NCBI RefSeq assembly: GCF_009914755.1
Contig: NC_060926.1
DNA length: 64,000 nucleotides
Direction: 5' to 3' (one strand)
Source of the DNA: the human T2T-CHM13v2.0 reference genome, Homo sapiens
In this document: in pieces, positions 39,342 to 52,100 of the stretch
Layout: every line of letters starts with the position of its first letter
How positions within the stretch are numbered: position 1 is the first letter of the stretch
The notes under the pieces: model-generated
Database searches by the model: none
Told to the model about the DNA's origin: nothing
Seen by the model: only the letters and a program-made list of their open reading frames with translations
Made by a program: the position numbers and the translations under genes

Positions 39342-39355
39342 CCACTAGAGAGCGC
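39342..39355 (+). promoter_or_regulatory. Candidate CTCF site between D9 and D8 (forward orientation)
   Basis: CCACTAGAGAGCGC, one mismatch from consensus. Confidence 0.65.
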
Positions 39356-39898
39356 TGTTGCTCCACTTTCTGATCTCGTAAAGCTGGAATTGCGGCGGAG
39401 AAAGGTTTTGATTAAAAATATTAACAATCTTATTTTTAATCCGAAATTAGGATAATTTTAACCAAAAATAAACAAGGTGTACTATTAATTTCTGTGTTTG
39501 CTGGGCATAAAATTTTGGCTCGATCATGGCTTCAGAAACTTTGGACTGTGGCACAGCTGAAACTATAAAACATGATAAATTAATGTATTATATCAAAACA
39601 GAAAGCTGTAAAAAGCATAGATCTTTTCTTACTAAGTTAATCGCGCTCTTTTTCTACTCATATTATAAACGGAATGCTTAAATAAATGTTAAAAACTGTT
39701 TTGTCCCAAGAGGAAATGTTGTAACGTTTTCTAAATTTGGCCTGAATGTCTATAAATGAATTTTCTAGTGTTCATTTTTCTTTTATTCCCCCGAGGAATC
39801 ACACAGTTCTACAAGATGCCTGGTATTGTTGAGATCCAGGCTCTTTCATTTCCCCCCCCCCCCATTCCATTCCAAAATCCACTCATTTATCCAGGGTT

Positions 39899-39901
<3 letters not shown>

Positions 39902-39946
<45 letters not shown>
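39902..39946. repeat. (CA)~22 microsatellite
   Basis: Direct reading. Confidence 0.95.
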
Positions 39947-39948
<2 letters not shown>

Positions 39949-42514
39949 CCAAACTGAAAAAAAGGGGCACAATTACAAAGGTAGCTCCAAGGCTTTATTG
40001 ACAATAATAATCTTTTAATTGGGCATTTGCAAGATTGAAGGACAAATCCTTAATTGTCAGAATCAATTCGTTCGCCTTCGGATTTAAAGAAAGTCATTAT
40101 ACTTGGCAATAACCAGCAGAAAAAAAACCCCACAAAAACAAACAGCAACAACAACAAAAAAACCCTTGCTCTCCACCACCCCAAGTCTGCACTCCTTACT
40201 AATTTAAAAATTAAATAAAGCATGCCTCTGTCATCTCCAGATTCATTAACGATTCCTTTACCTTTCAGTCATTCCCAGTAGAAATAATTGAGTCGGACAT
40301 TATCACCTTGCTATGTCTGTCCATCTCGATCTCATTTTCTCCATTTGTAAAAATGATATTTCAGTCCACCCGGACACAAGTCAGGATCGCGCTCGCAGGC
40401 TGGGCCAACCCACAAGGAGCTAGGGGTAGCTGAAATCGCTCGCCAGCCTGCAGCATCTCTGAGGCCGTCTGGGGTTTTCGGAAATTTGCATTTGGTGTGG
40501 AAAGCCGGCGTGGTGCGTTTAGCTTGAGCAGGGGCGCCTTGGAGGTCTGTTTCCAAGGCTGTGGGCCTGGCGCCCTCACGACATTGTACCTATCCCGAAG
40601 GAAACGGGGCTCAGTCACCCAAAGAGCCCACGAGAAAGGCCGAGCAGGAGAGGGGAAAACACACACACACAACAGAGAACCATTGCATTTATTGGACATT
40701 GAAACGGGAGCAGAGAGGGAAAGGAAGTGTGTGGGGAGGCGGTTGGTAGGGTAAAGCCAGACAGCTTTGGAGAGAGCTGCTAAAATCGGGAATATTTTGT
40801 CGATTCACACTCGACTGGGCCACATGACTCGGGCAACTTTTCTTCATCTCTGCTCACAAACTAGGCTGAGCCTTCTCTTTCTCTGCTTTGGGAAAAATTC
40901 GTAACTTTGAGGCCTGCGCGCTCTCTCGGCAGTAATTTCACAGGCTTGGCGGAGGAAGTAGGATCGTTAGCATAAGATGGGCCGCCTGCAGCTGCCTGGA
41001 ACCGGCGCGATCTGAACGCCGGCTGGGAGGCTCCTGGGGGGAACTTGCGGTCGTCTGCCCTCCGCACTCCTCCGGGAACCGCAGCCGGCCCTGGTTCGCT
41101 GCGCGCCGGGGCTGAGACCCGGGAGCCGCGTCCTGCCCGAGGAAATGTCACCCTCCCCAGCGCGAGCCCTTTTTCCCGCCTCAGAACGTTTCTGTCCGCT
41201 CTTCTATTTACTCTCTCAGCAAGCCTAATGCCCCCTCCTGCATTCTTCAGCCTCCCCCTGCGCCCAGGGCTGACGTCTATCAAGGGTGAAATGATGGAAA
41301 CTATATTCATGGGCATGATTTCCATTAAATATCAATTAACCTGAGAGCCTCGGCCAGGCTTGCGGTGCGTCAAGGGTAAATGTACATCTCATTTCCACAG
41401 GGCCCGCTCGGCTGGAAAAGAAAGGCTTTGATTTGCTTTGATAACGCCAGGATCTGGGGCCACACTCGCGGCTTTTAATTAAACCACTTCGATATGCCCC
41501 AACTCAAATGCACGGTCCGGTCCGTCAACACCTCTTGTCCACGTTCCCTGGGCTGCACCCGCGTGTCCAGAGCTGCAAAAGCCACGGGCAACCTCTGCTT
41601 TTGCAGCCAGGGGCTCGGGGAGGCAGTCATTTGCTCCGCAGCCTCCTGGGAGTGGCCTCCTTGGCTCCCCCAAGTCTAAGGCTCCGCCGCGGCCCCTCCC
41701 TGCCGGCTGCGATCCGCATTCCCGCGGCCCCGGGGCACACGGAGCCCTTGGCAGTGCGTCTTTATGGGCCCCCTTTAAGGCCGGCGGAGGCATCTCGGGC
41801 CGGGCGCGGCGCTCCGTCCGTCGGCCGTAGCGACTGAACTGCGCGCGGATCCCTCCGCGGGGCTCCTCGTCCCCGTCACGCTGACTTTCCGTGCAGTGCT
41901 GTGGTGCGAAAATGCCTCGCCGGTGCGCACCGGGTCGGCAGCCTCGGCGGCGGGGGCGAGATTGGCGGGAGGGGGGCGCGGGGGGGGCGCGGTAAGAGGT
42001 GGCGGCGGGCAGAGGGTGTTTTTTTTCTTTTCCCTCCAGAGCTGGGGTTTGTAAACCGAGGCCAGAGTGTCCCCGTGGGCCGAGCGCACTTTTTTCTTGT
42101 CCGGGTGCGCTCAGTCACTGGTGCCTGAGAGGAAACAGTGGAGGCAGCGGGGCAGGTCGCCTGGGGCGTCGGCGATTATATTGCGGCCGAGCCGGGGCGC
42201 GCCGGGAAAGGCCGGGAGGGCGGCGGCGCGCGGGGGCTGGGCGAGGCCCCGCGACCCGCGAGGGAGGCGGCGCGAAGCCGAGGCGGCGGGCGCAAGAGCC
42301 GGGCATGAGCGCCCAGTAGCTGAGCGCCCGCGGCTGCCTGGCCTCAGAAGCGACGCGCGAGCGCGGGCGGGCGGCAGCAGCGACGTAGCCCGGCGGTCCC
42401 GGCGGCGAGAGCAGCCGCCCCACAGGCCCCCGCGGCAGTGCGGCCGAGTCGAGGCTCGCTCTCTGGCTGCTTAGCGCCGCCCGCCCGCCCGGGGCCGCCG
42501 CCGCTGACGCCCCA

Positions 42515-43091
42515 ATGAGTTCGTACTTCGTGAACCCGCTGTACTCCAAGTACAAGGCGGCGGCTGCGGCGGCGGCGGCGGCGGGCGAGGCCATCAATCC
42601 CACTTACTACGACTGTCACTTCGCGCCCGAGGTCGGCGGCCGTCACGCCGCCGCCGCAGCAGCCCTGCAGCTCTATGGCAACAGCGCCGCCGGCTTCCCG
42701 CACGCGCCCCCGCAGGCGCACGCGCACCCGCACCCGTCCCCGCCGCCCTCCGGGACTGGGTGCGGCGGTAGGGAAGGCCGGGGCCAGGAGTACTTCCACC
42801 CCGGCGGGGGCAGCCCGGCCGCTGCCTACCAGGCCGCCCCCCCTCCTCCTCCGCATCCTCCGCCTCCGCCGCCACCTCCCCCCTGCGGCGGGATTGCCTG
42901 TCACGGGGAGCCCGCGAAGTTTTACGGATACGATAACTTACAGAGACAGCCGATTTTTACGACCCAGCAAGAGGCCGAGCTGGTACAATATCCTGACTGT
43001 AAATCGTCCAGTGGTAATATTGGCGAGGACCCAGACCACTTAAATCAGAGCTCGTCTCCTTCTCAAATGTTTCCGTGGATGAGACCACAAG
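42515..43091 (+). CDS. HOXD8: Homeobox protein Hox-D8, coding exon 1
   Basis: ATG at 42515 (MSSYFVNPLYSKYK). Contains a 9-Ala tract, poly-Pro and the hexapeptide MFPWMR. Donor AAG|GTTGGG after 43091; 577 nt. Confidence 0.97.
42557..42583 (+). repeat. HOXD8: (GCN)9 polyalanine tract in HOXD8
   Basis: 9 consecutive Ala codons after SKYK. Confidence 0.9.
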
Positions 43092-43466
43092 GTTGGGATG
43101 CATTTTTTTTTTAAGAAGGGAGAGGGGGAGAAATCTGCTTTCATCTCACGTTCTGGCTTTAAAACTCCCGTTCCCTCTCCCCCTCCTTTTCCTTCTTGTG
43201 TAGCCACAGTGGCTCTTATTCATAAAGTAATACAGACTTTTTTTAAAAAAGTAGGAACCATGTAAAGATGATGGGGACAGAATAATTGTGAAGACCTCTC
43301 TGCTCCTCTTGCCTGCACACCCTATATATATATATATCGGAGCTAAAGAGCTCTGTGTATATTTCACCCCGTAGACCCCCGTTCCACAAACCTCCAGCAA
43401 CATGCAGAGGTACCATAACATTTTTAAAACTTTTATTCCCCCCCTCTTTTTTTTTGTTTTAATCAG

Positions 43467-43762
43467 CAGCTCCTGGTAGACGAAGAGGAAGACAAACCTA
43501 CAGTCGCTTCCAAACTCTAGAGTTGGAAAAGGAATTTCTTTTTAACCCCTATCTGACCAGGAAAAGAAGAATCGAGGTTTCCCACGCCCTAGCCCTCACC
43601 GAGAGACAGGTAAAAATCTGGTTCCAGAACAGGAGAATGAAATGGAAAAAGGAAAACAACAAGGACAAATTTCCCGTTTCCCGGCAGGAGGTGAAGGACG
43701 GGGAAACGAAAAAGGAAGCCCAAGAGCTGGAGGAAGACAGAGCCGAAGGCCTGACAAATTAA
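43467..43762 (+). CDS. HOXD8: Hox-D8 coding exon 2 (homeodomain)
   Basis: Tandem acceptor aatCAGCAG (exon starts 43467 or 43470). Encodes [65 protein letters not shown] ending 43762. 290 or 289 aa. Confidence 0.97.
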
Positions 43763-44045
43763 CTTCTACCTTTAAAATTTACCACAGACTATTAAAACTA
43801 ATAATCACCATATGCTGTGGACACCACCTATTTTCTTTGTTGGAAAGGACCTTACCTGTGTTTCAAGCTACCTTCATGTCACTGCTCTTGAGGTTTTCTG
43901 TGCTTTGAGAGGGATTTGGGTGTTTAAAAAAGTTTCTAGTATCACATAGAAGCTGTCCTTGAGCTGTCCTATGGAAGGGTAATTTGATACTGACCTTGTA
44001 GCTATATTTTTATAATGGTTTTTAATGTCTGAGCTAGTGATTTGC

Positions 44046-44066
44046 CTCAACAACGTAAACTTCCTA
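44046..44066 (+). promoter_or_regulatory. Extended miR-196 complementary site in the HOXD8 3'UTR
   Basis: CTCAACAACGTAAACTTCCTA versus the perfect complement CCCAACAACATGAAACTACCTA. Hox8 mRNAs are established miR-196 targets. Confidence 0.75.
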
Positions 44067-47000
44067 ATGATTAGCACTTAATAATTGCATATAAAATGCT
44101 TTATTAATTAAACAAGTGCACTTGAACATTTTAATATTTGTGGTGAGTAAATTAAAAGGAGTTTATTAATTAAAAAAAATTATGTCTGCAGAATACTTTA
44201 TATTATTTGATTACAATGTATTATTTATGGATTTTTTATTCTTTCCTTTATAATGAATAGTTCGGGTGCGTTTTGTTTACTCCTAAAAGGTTTCTTTGCG
44301 TATTTTCTAAATGTAATATCTCGGGGAAAATATTAGAAAAGCACGTATTAGCTGAAGAATGTAACTTGTAGTCCAGCTCTGCAGCTTCCTTAAACTTAAG
44401 AAAAAGATTGGGCCAGTGACAAGAATTTAAAGACAATGTCCAAGTTGACAATTATTTTTCTATAGTCCATACAAATTAAATAATCTGGCAACTCTGGCAA
44501 ATCGCCTTGTAAAATGCGTCTCATTTTTTAACTTGCTTTCGTTTTGAACCGCCCTTGTAATCGCCTGAAATCGCTAGTTCTTTATGCGGTGGCTGCCGCT
44601 GTGTTCCGTTATTTTCAGTAGGTGTCATATTTATTTGTATTGCCTTTGTTCTGTTCGCCGCTGGTTTTAAACCAGCTTGCTGTGTGCATCTCAGACGTCG
44701 GTTGGTACGTCCTCCGCTGTTCTTCAGGAAAGCGATAGCCTCACCTATTTGAAACAAGCCCTGAGAGGAAACGCAGAAAAACCTGAGTGTAAACAACTCC
44801 GGAATGTCGCTAGCTCCTTAGTAAATAAATGAATCTCTTTCTGGAGCTAGTGTCTTTGAGCGCCGCAAATACCCCTTTTCCATGAATCACTAACAATCGC
44901 CTGGGCTCGCACGAAGGAAAGGACTCGCTCAAGGCTTCTGTTTAATAAGAAAGGGGTGGGGTTACACACATTCCGCGCTGTTTAAAAAAAAAAAAAAAAG
45001 GCCGCAGGGGCCCCTTCTTTTTCAGAGAGGACTGGCTAGTCTATCTTGCTCTAAATAATCTTGCTAAGATGCTCTGAGAGCTTTGATCCTCTTAAAGGAC
45101 TCAAGTTGTAGGCCCAGTGGGGGACAACGCAAAGTCCATGTTACACCACAGCTTATTGCACTGAGCCGGCGTTGATGCTGGGGTTTGGCATCTGTTATTA
45201 ACAAGATATCCATTTTCCATTGGAGGCTGCTCCTGCAGCTGCCATTTTACAGGGGAAAGTGGGGGGAAGAGGAGCGGGAGAAAAGAGGAGAAATTCAAGT
45301 AAAGTAACATTCCCGAAAAAGGGAAAGCACCTTTGTTAGGTAGTCATCGAAGAGCTCTCTGCTTTCTCTAACCATGTTTATTTTCAAAGGGGTAAATTTT
45401 TATTTCCAGAGTTGCTTTTATTACATAGATAAGAAAAATGGAATCCTATAGTTTTGCGCCAGGGTCACCTCATCGGGTTTTATCAGGCTGTTTGCCTGTG
45501 GCTTCATGGACACAGAAATGTTGCCACTGGCCAGGTCAGAAGGAAAGCACCACCTGGCTTTCCATGCTGGGAAGAAGTGATGGCTGTGACATTCTCTGAC
45601 CTGAGCCAGGAAAGATAATTTTAAATCACAGGTGGCCCAGAACTTAAACATTTGCACTCCAAGAGACAGCTGCAAATGCCTATGCTGGATTTGAGAATGT
45701 TTTGCTCTGTGCACTGCTTAAGACTCTGCTGTCAGCTGGTACAGAGTAAGGATGCCAAGGGCCAAGAGGCTGGGGAACAGCCTCCAGTGTAAACCATCCA
45801 AAGACCAGTGCTGGCTGAAATCCAGCTGCCCTGGATTTAAGGGACTCAGGACTTCTTTATATATTAGCAAAACTGGCTGTCTCCTGCTCAAGGATGCTCA
45901 CCAGATACTTTTAGAACCCTGAAATAATGTTGGCAAGACTGTCAGGTGGGAGCCCTGTGTATGGGTGGGTACGGAAATCAAGGAAGGAAGAGGAGATAAA
46001 ATTGTCATTTCTTCAGCATTCTGTGCTGGTCTCAAAGTGTAACTTCTGGCCCCACTGGCCGCCTAAACCATGGTAAATTCATACCTCATGTACAGACAAA
46101 GACTGTTGCAATAGCTGGTATATATTAGATTATGAATTTGTATGTATACATAGCTTACACACACGCCCAGAGTGTTGATTATTCATGTAGGTAAATGTTT
46201 CCTTTTGTAGCTGGGAAAGAGCATAGATTTGTGTTCAAATAAAGACCTGGGGGAATTACACATCACAGACACTCGCCACCTTCTTTCTTACACTGACTAG
46301 ACATCCCCACCCCCCATCATGGTGTTTCATGCAGACAGACTGGCAGTGACTTGCGCACAAGATGCCCTTCTAATGGGCTCAAATGTGTCAACATCCAAGC
46401 ACTGAGGCAACAAGCGAACACTTTTTTGCTGCAGGAATTTGCATAAACCTTCAGAGAATGCTTTGCCATCCCAGGCAGCACTTTTCAGCCCTGAACTGCA
46501 CCAGTCTGCCTAGTGAGGTCTGTAAACCGTTTAGAGAAAAATAGTTCTCTCCAATGTTAACACTGAATGAAAGAACCAAGCCTTCTGAGTGATTTAGGCT
46601 CTCCATTTGCAATGACCAGAAACACACAAAAGAGAATGTGGGTCTCAGTGGTTTTCAGAGAAGTCAGTTCAAGGATGCCATTTTGTGAGGTTCCACAAAG
46701 CCCAATATATCGCTTACCTCTGCACAAGGGGAGAAAAATGCAAATATGGCTGCTTTTCAGTGCAAAGTGTCTTTGCGGCCCTCATTCCCCAAGTTGAAAG
46801 GGAGGGTCATAAAGCTCTGCTTTTATTTGGGTAAGATGGGGAGAGGATAATGAGGCAAATTGACTATTGAGATTATTTCTCAGAAAATTTTGGAATTAAA
46901 CAAGTTATTTGCTCAATTCCACATGTATATACCAGTATACTAGTGTGAAGTCTTCTGGGCTTCTGAGGGCCCAAAAACTTGCCCCATCTGCTTGTGTAAT

Positions 47001-47215
47001 TTAAAATATTGTTTTATTCTGTAACACAGAAGGAAGTGCTATTTCACATCCAAGCTTCTTGTGTCCTCTGCTTCCCCCGTGTTTGCTGAATCCTTGGGCA
47101 TCTAGGGATGGACATGGGAGGAGAGAGAACATTTTAATGGGCCCTGGCTGCTGCTGCGGTTCCCTCCAGCAAAGTTAGGGCCATTGGCTTTTTTCTAGAA
47201 AGAATATGACTTTTG

Positions 47216-47231
47216 CTGACAGATGGCAGCA
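47216..47231 (+). promoter_or_regulatory. Candidate CTCF site in the D8-D4 gap (forward orientation)
   Basis: CTGACAGATGGCAGCA; a second motif GCTCCAGAGGGTGC lies at ~47295. Confidence 0.5.
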
Positions 47232-48299
47232 AAAGTCCTTTAATCAAAAACATCCAAGGTCATCAGAACTTTTTCAAGGGATAACAAATGGCCTGCTCCA
47301 GAGGGTGCTGTGCTGCTTCCTGCTTCAGTCCACATCCACTTAGGCACTTACTGGGTGTGCAGATGTTAATAGCAGAGAACTTATACACAGGTATCTGATG
47401 CAAACATTTGTAACATAGTACTGGAAGTGTAAAGACACTGTCTTTAAAAGGATGGGGGGTGGTGTTACCTCTTTCAGGAAGGTTCTGAAGGCTGCATGGC
47501 TATGCCCATGAGGGGAATGCTGGAGGCCAGCCAAGGACATTTACTTTCAGGGGGAGTTCACCAGAGCAGTTCCTGTGAAAAATATAAAGGGAATGTGACA
47601 CCGGCCTTTGAGGAAAAGGAATTATTCTTTTTTCTAGGCTGATCTGAGGAAGTCACTCTTTTCCTGAACAAATGTCTTTTCAGTATTGCGTTGAACAAAT
47701 TTTTCAATTGGGAAATATTTGGGGGCAAGGGGAGAGGGGAGAACTAGAATTAAACTCCATAAAAATGAGAATTGCTCTTAGAGGGGGACGTAGAGCAAGG
47801 AGTTTCAGAAGGAATCCAGAAACCATAACCCTGTCTGTCCAGAAAGATGTTTCTGTGGAGAAAGACCAGGTGGTAGAGTTTCAAACGGGTATTTCGGAGA
47901 GGTTGACAAGTACCTAAAACCATTTGAAGCCTTTAAGCTGGTTGGTGATTATCCTACTGCAGAACCTCCCGGGAATGGGAGGGACCCCAATTTATGTTGG
48001 AGTGGTGTGTTGGGGGCACATTTTCTTGGCCTGCAGATCCCTCGTTTTCTTCCCAAGGTAACTGGGGCTGGCTTGCAAGATGAGAGGGAGGAGGGGAAAC
48101 CGAAAGTGGTTGGCTGCCTCTGGGGACAGGCCTTTTCCTGAGGGGAGAGGAGGAGAAGCCAAGTGACTAGCACAGGGTGAGAGATGGGAGGAGGTAGCTG
48201 TGGGGATCGCTTCCCCAGAGCGTGAGCAGTACATTGAGTTCATTTCCCTCCTTCACGATGGCCAACTGCGCAGAGGTTTTGAGCCAAACCAAAGAAAAG

Positions 48300-48300
<1 letters not shown>

Positions 48301-48337
<37 letters not shown>

Positions 48338-48341
48338 CACA
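48301..48341. repeat. (AC)~20 microsatellite with one interruption, followed by a GA-rich low-complexity tract to ~48525
   Basis: Direct reading. Confidence 0.9.
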
Positions 48342-48776
48342 AATAAATCCTAGAAAAAGAAACAGAGGAGGCGGGGAGGGAGGGAAGAACCACGAAGGGA
48401 AGAAAAAGGGAAAGGTGAAGAGGGACAGAGAAAGAGAAGGGAGGAAGGAGAGAGAGAATGGAGAGAGAGGGGAGGAGGAGAAGGAAGAGAGGAGGCGGGG
48501 GAGAGAGAAAGCAGAAGAGGAAAAAACATGGCGCTTGCGAGCTGTATGTGCAAAATCCGCAAGGAATTGCAGTAAATTCCTTTTTGTTTGAAGAAAATTT
48601 ACAACTTGGTAATAGACCTTTTTATGACCTATTTGCGGTCGTCATTGGCTGCGGCTGGTCATGTGCAGGCGCCGCTCGCCTTCACGGCCTTTTTCCTGAT
48701 TTCCCAGGCGAATTTCCCCCCGCATTCTGCTTTCCCAGAGCCTCACCCCCTCTTTTTCTAACCTTTGTCTCTGCAG

Positions 48777-49141
48777 AGGTGGGCTCCAGTCACCGGCTGC
48801 GGGATTGCGGAGTCCGCCGCGGCCTCGGCTCCCGCCCGGCGCCCGGCCTGGCCCCACCGCCGCTCACTCGGTCCGCATCGCCGCCACCTCCGGAGCTGGT
48901 GGGGAGCCCGGCGAGGGAGGGCCTGGAAGGGGCCCTGGGCGCCGAGTCCCCCGCCGGCGCCGACACCGCCTGCCAGGAGCAGCCGGCCTGCTCGAGGTGA
49001 CTGCAGCCGCGCGGTTCTGGCGCGGCTTCTTCACCAACATGAGCGGGTCTCTGCGTCCGAGAGTGAGCGCAGCCGGGCAGCGCCTAGTGGATTACAGCAG
49101 ACGCCCGGACCGACCGCCGCCTGTAGCTCGGCAGCCTTCGG
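48777..49141 (+). other. Candidate non-coding 5' exon of a long HOXD3/HOXD4-region transcript
   Basis: Pyrimidine tract plus tgcag acceptor ending 48776, and a strong donor CGG|GTAAGA after 49141. Lies in a CpG island downstream of a CCAAT/E-box module. Confidence 0.5.
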
Positions 49142-52100
49142 GTAAGAATCGCCCCCTCCCCGCTCCCCAGCATGCCACCAAGAAGCCTGGGGCGCCGACC
49201 CCCTTGGGCAGCTCAGTCCGGCTGCTCCCCTACATTTCCCGGGGAAGTGGGGGGTCGCTGTCTAAGCCCCTTCCCCCAATCACTTCGTTCCTAGGGCGTC
49301 CCCTGGGGCCTGGGGTGGAGTCCGGCTGGGTTCAGAAGTCTAAGGGGGCAGTATTATTTCAAAAATTCTGAGATACGGGTAGCCACAGACAGGATCCCAC
49401 TGCCTAGATGGAGAGCCCCTCAATCCTACCCTAGGAAAGTGTATAGACGGGTTACTACTGAACATCTCCACTTTGCTGGGGGTCACTAAAGGCATTTTAT
49501 ATAGAGCTGTGGTTTTTGTGGTTTACCTGTGGCCGTGGCCAGAGGTTCCTGGGAGGCTAACAGGTGTTTTTTGAGGGTTGGGGCTTGGGTGGGGGTGGGG
49601 TGAATTCTCTGTTTCTAGGATGTGCTTGGTGTTTGAATCTAGGCTTTAGTGACTGATGCTGGTTAATTTCTAGGGTTGATGGTTTATTGGGCCTTGTGTT
49701 GTATGAGATGGAATTTTAAATATTTTTAAATGTTTCTCTAGTTCTTAGAGAAATTTTTAAGCAACTCAAGATAGGCTCTTCCCGCATATGATAATCCGTC
49801 AGGTGAATTTGGATTCTTTTATATCACAAAATGAATCCATGTTTTGGGAGGTAATGGTATCAGAATATATGGTGCAGGTCTTGGTAAAAACCCAATAGAT
49901 CTTTGAGAAATACAAGACATCTCTGTGTTGAAACATCGTGTGTTTCTTATTTGCCAGAGTAGGAAAAGAGTAGATCTTTTTGCTCTCTAAATGTATTGAT
50001 GGGTTGTGTTTTTTTTCCCACCTGCTAATAAATATTACATTGCAACATTCTTCCCTCAACTTCAAAACTGCTGAACTGAAACAATATGCATAAAAGAAAA
50101 TCCTTTGCAGAAGAAAAAAAGCTATTTTCTCCCACTGATTTTGAATGGCACTTGCGGATGCAGTTCGCAAATCCTATTGCCTATTCCCTCATGAACATTG
50201 TGAAATGAAACCTTTGGACAGTCTGCCGCATTGCGCATGAGACTGCCTGCGCAAGGCAAGGGTATGGTTCCCAAAGCACCCAGTGGTAAATCCTAACTTA
50301 TTATTCCCTTAAAATTCCAATGTAACAACGTGGGCCATAAAAGAGTTTCTGAACAAAACATGTCATCTTTGTGGAAAGGTGTTTTTCGTAATTAATGATG
50401 GAATCATGCTCATTTCAAAATGGAGGTCCACGATTTGTGGCCAGCTGATGCCTGCAAATTATCCTGGATCACTAACTCTGATCACTTACAAATAAGAAAC
50501 TTGAGTGATTGTTATTTTATTTGGAGTGTTTGTATTTTGTAATTATTTCTCTACTACAGTACAATGACCTTTGAGGTCATTCTTTGATCGGGGTAAAAAA
50601 CATTCCCCATTGAAAAGCAGGCACCTGGATAGTGGCTTCTAGGCCCTGCCAGGTAGATTCGGAGCAGGAAGAGTCCCTAGGTCGGATGGTACCCGGGTGG
50701 GTGTGGGGGTGTGGCCCTGATGGCCAAGCTCTATGTTCAGAGCTTCAGTGCTTTTCCCTGGTTCTGTAGCACAGCGCGCTTGAGTGACTAAAAACCTGGG
50801 TTGGGTGCAGGTCCGATTACGCAGCAGAGGTTGATGTCATGGGCAGATTTGGAAGACTTGAGGGGTTCTTTGTAAGCCCCGTGGTAGCATTAATTCTTAT
50901 TGGAACGAAATGGTCGATTGCATCTAAGGGAAATAATCCACAAATCACAGGAACTCTCGGGCCATTAGTCCACAAGAAAACTAGTTCGTGCTGTTGCCAC
51001 TACCGGAAATAACCCCATTGTTTCTGTTAACCTAACCAAAAAATGAAACGAAATTTTAAAACGCTGGGACCCTGAGAGCTGAGAAGCCCAGAAGTATAAC
51101 TCCCAGTGTCCTTGGCCCAAACCTCTGTTCTCTCATAGATCAGGGAGCCGATAGCATGTCCGGGCCTTGGTGACGACGGGTCAGGCCATGAACTGGGCTT
51201 GAGATCTCTGGCGAGGACCAGGAGAAAGACGAAGCTCGAAATTATAAATGTGGCCAAGCACGAGAGCTGAAAACAAAGCGTATTTTCCCGTCAGATGTTT
51301 CTACAAATAAATTTCGCCAGAGTTCTGTTTTCTGAATCAGAGAGGCAAGGGAAATCGAACAAAGACAGTATTTCACCCTGGGCTGGCAGGCAGCTGTTAG
51401 AGGTATTTACGGCCTTGCCGCAGTGCGGCGGCCAGGCAGCCGGGTAGGGTATGCGGGGGCACCGGAAGCTGGGGAGAAGCCATGAAGAACTCAGAATTTC
51501 AACTTAAATTCAATTTAGGGTCACGTTTTCGGAAATGGCGTGAACAGATGCCCTCTTTCTAGGGACTGGTCCTTTAGACTTGATAGTTTTGCAGAATGAG
51601 GGAGAAGTTGTGCTCTCTGGATGTAGGATGGTTTTCCCCGCCTTGAAGAACGACTCAAAGGGAAGCGGTGCCCAAGATGTGACATTTCTGATCCACATAA
51701 CAACCTTCAGAGTGTTCATTGGCAACGAGGAGATGCTGCTTGTTCGGCGGAATAGGGTTTGCAAATCAGAAAGGACAGTTGAAGCTTTTAATACATGTTT
51801 TCCTGAAAAAGAAAAGTGTGTTTCCTGCTTCTTGAGATGAGGTTCCCAAGCTCCTCTGCATCCAGGCGTAGAAGCAGTGCGCGGTACCTTATCCGCACTG
51901 CGCGGTGCAAGCCGGCCGCACAGCTCACGGTCCCGCAGCGCCCGCCACACACCCGCGCCAGAGGTCCAGCGCATGTGCAGTGAAATGGCCTAGCCCGGGA
52001 ATTCGATCGGCAAAGCACGGGTGTGGGGGCGGGGGGGTGGGGGGGGGCGAGTGGACTCGAGCAGGAAGATACACCCGATCTTTCCATTCTCCCTCCGTCA

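Larger units (their letters stand above)
46960..49220 (-). ncRNA. HOXD-AS2: Probable antisense lncRNA (HOXD-AS2); boundaries approximate
   Basis: CpG-island promoter at ~48.5-49.3 kb, a minus-strand donor-like G|GTGAGG (plus-strand cctcacc 48741-48747) and a minus-strand AATAAA (plus-strand tttatt 47013-47018). Name and extent come from recalled annotation of the D8-D4 interval. Confidence 0.5.

Noticed and set aside
51510-51974. Minus-strand ORF with LQTLFRRT...KVVMWIRN, faintly homeodomain-like (possible Hox5-7 pseudogene)
   Set aside because: Wrong strand for a Hox relic, wrong spacing and no WFQNRR. No homeobox remnant was recognised in the D8-D4 gap.
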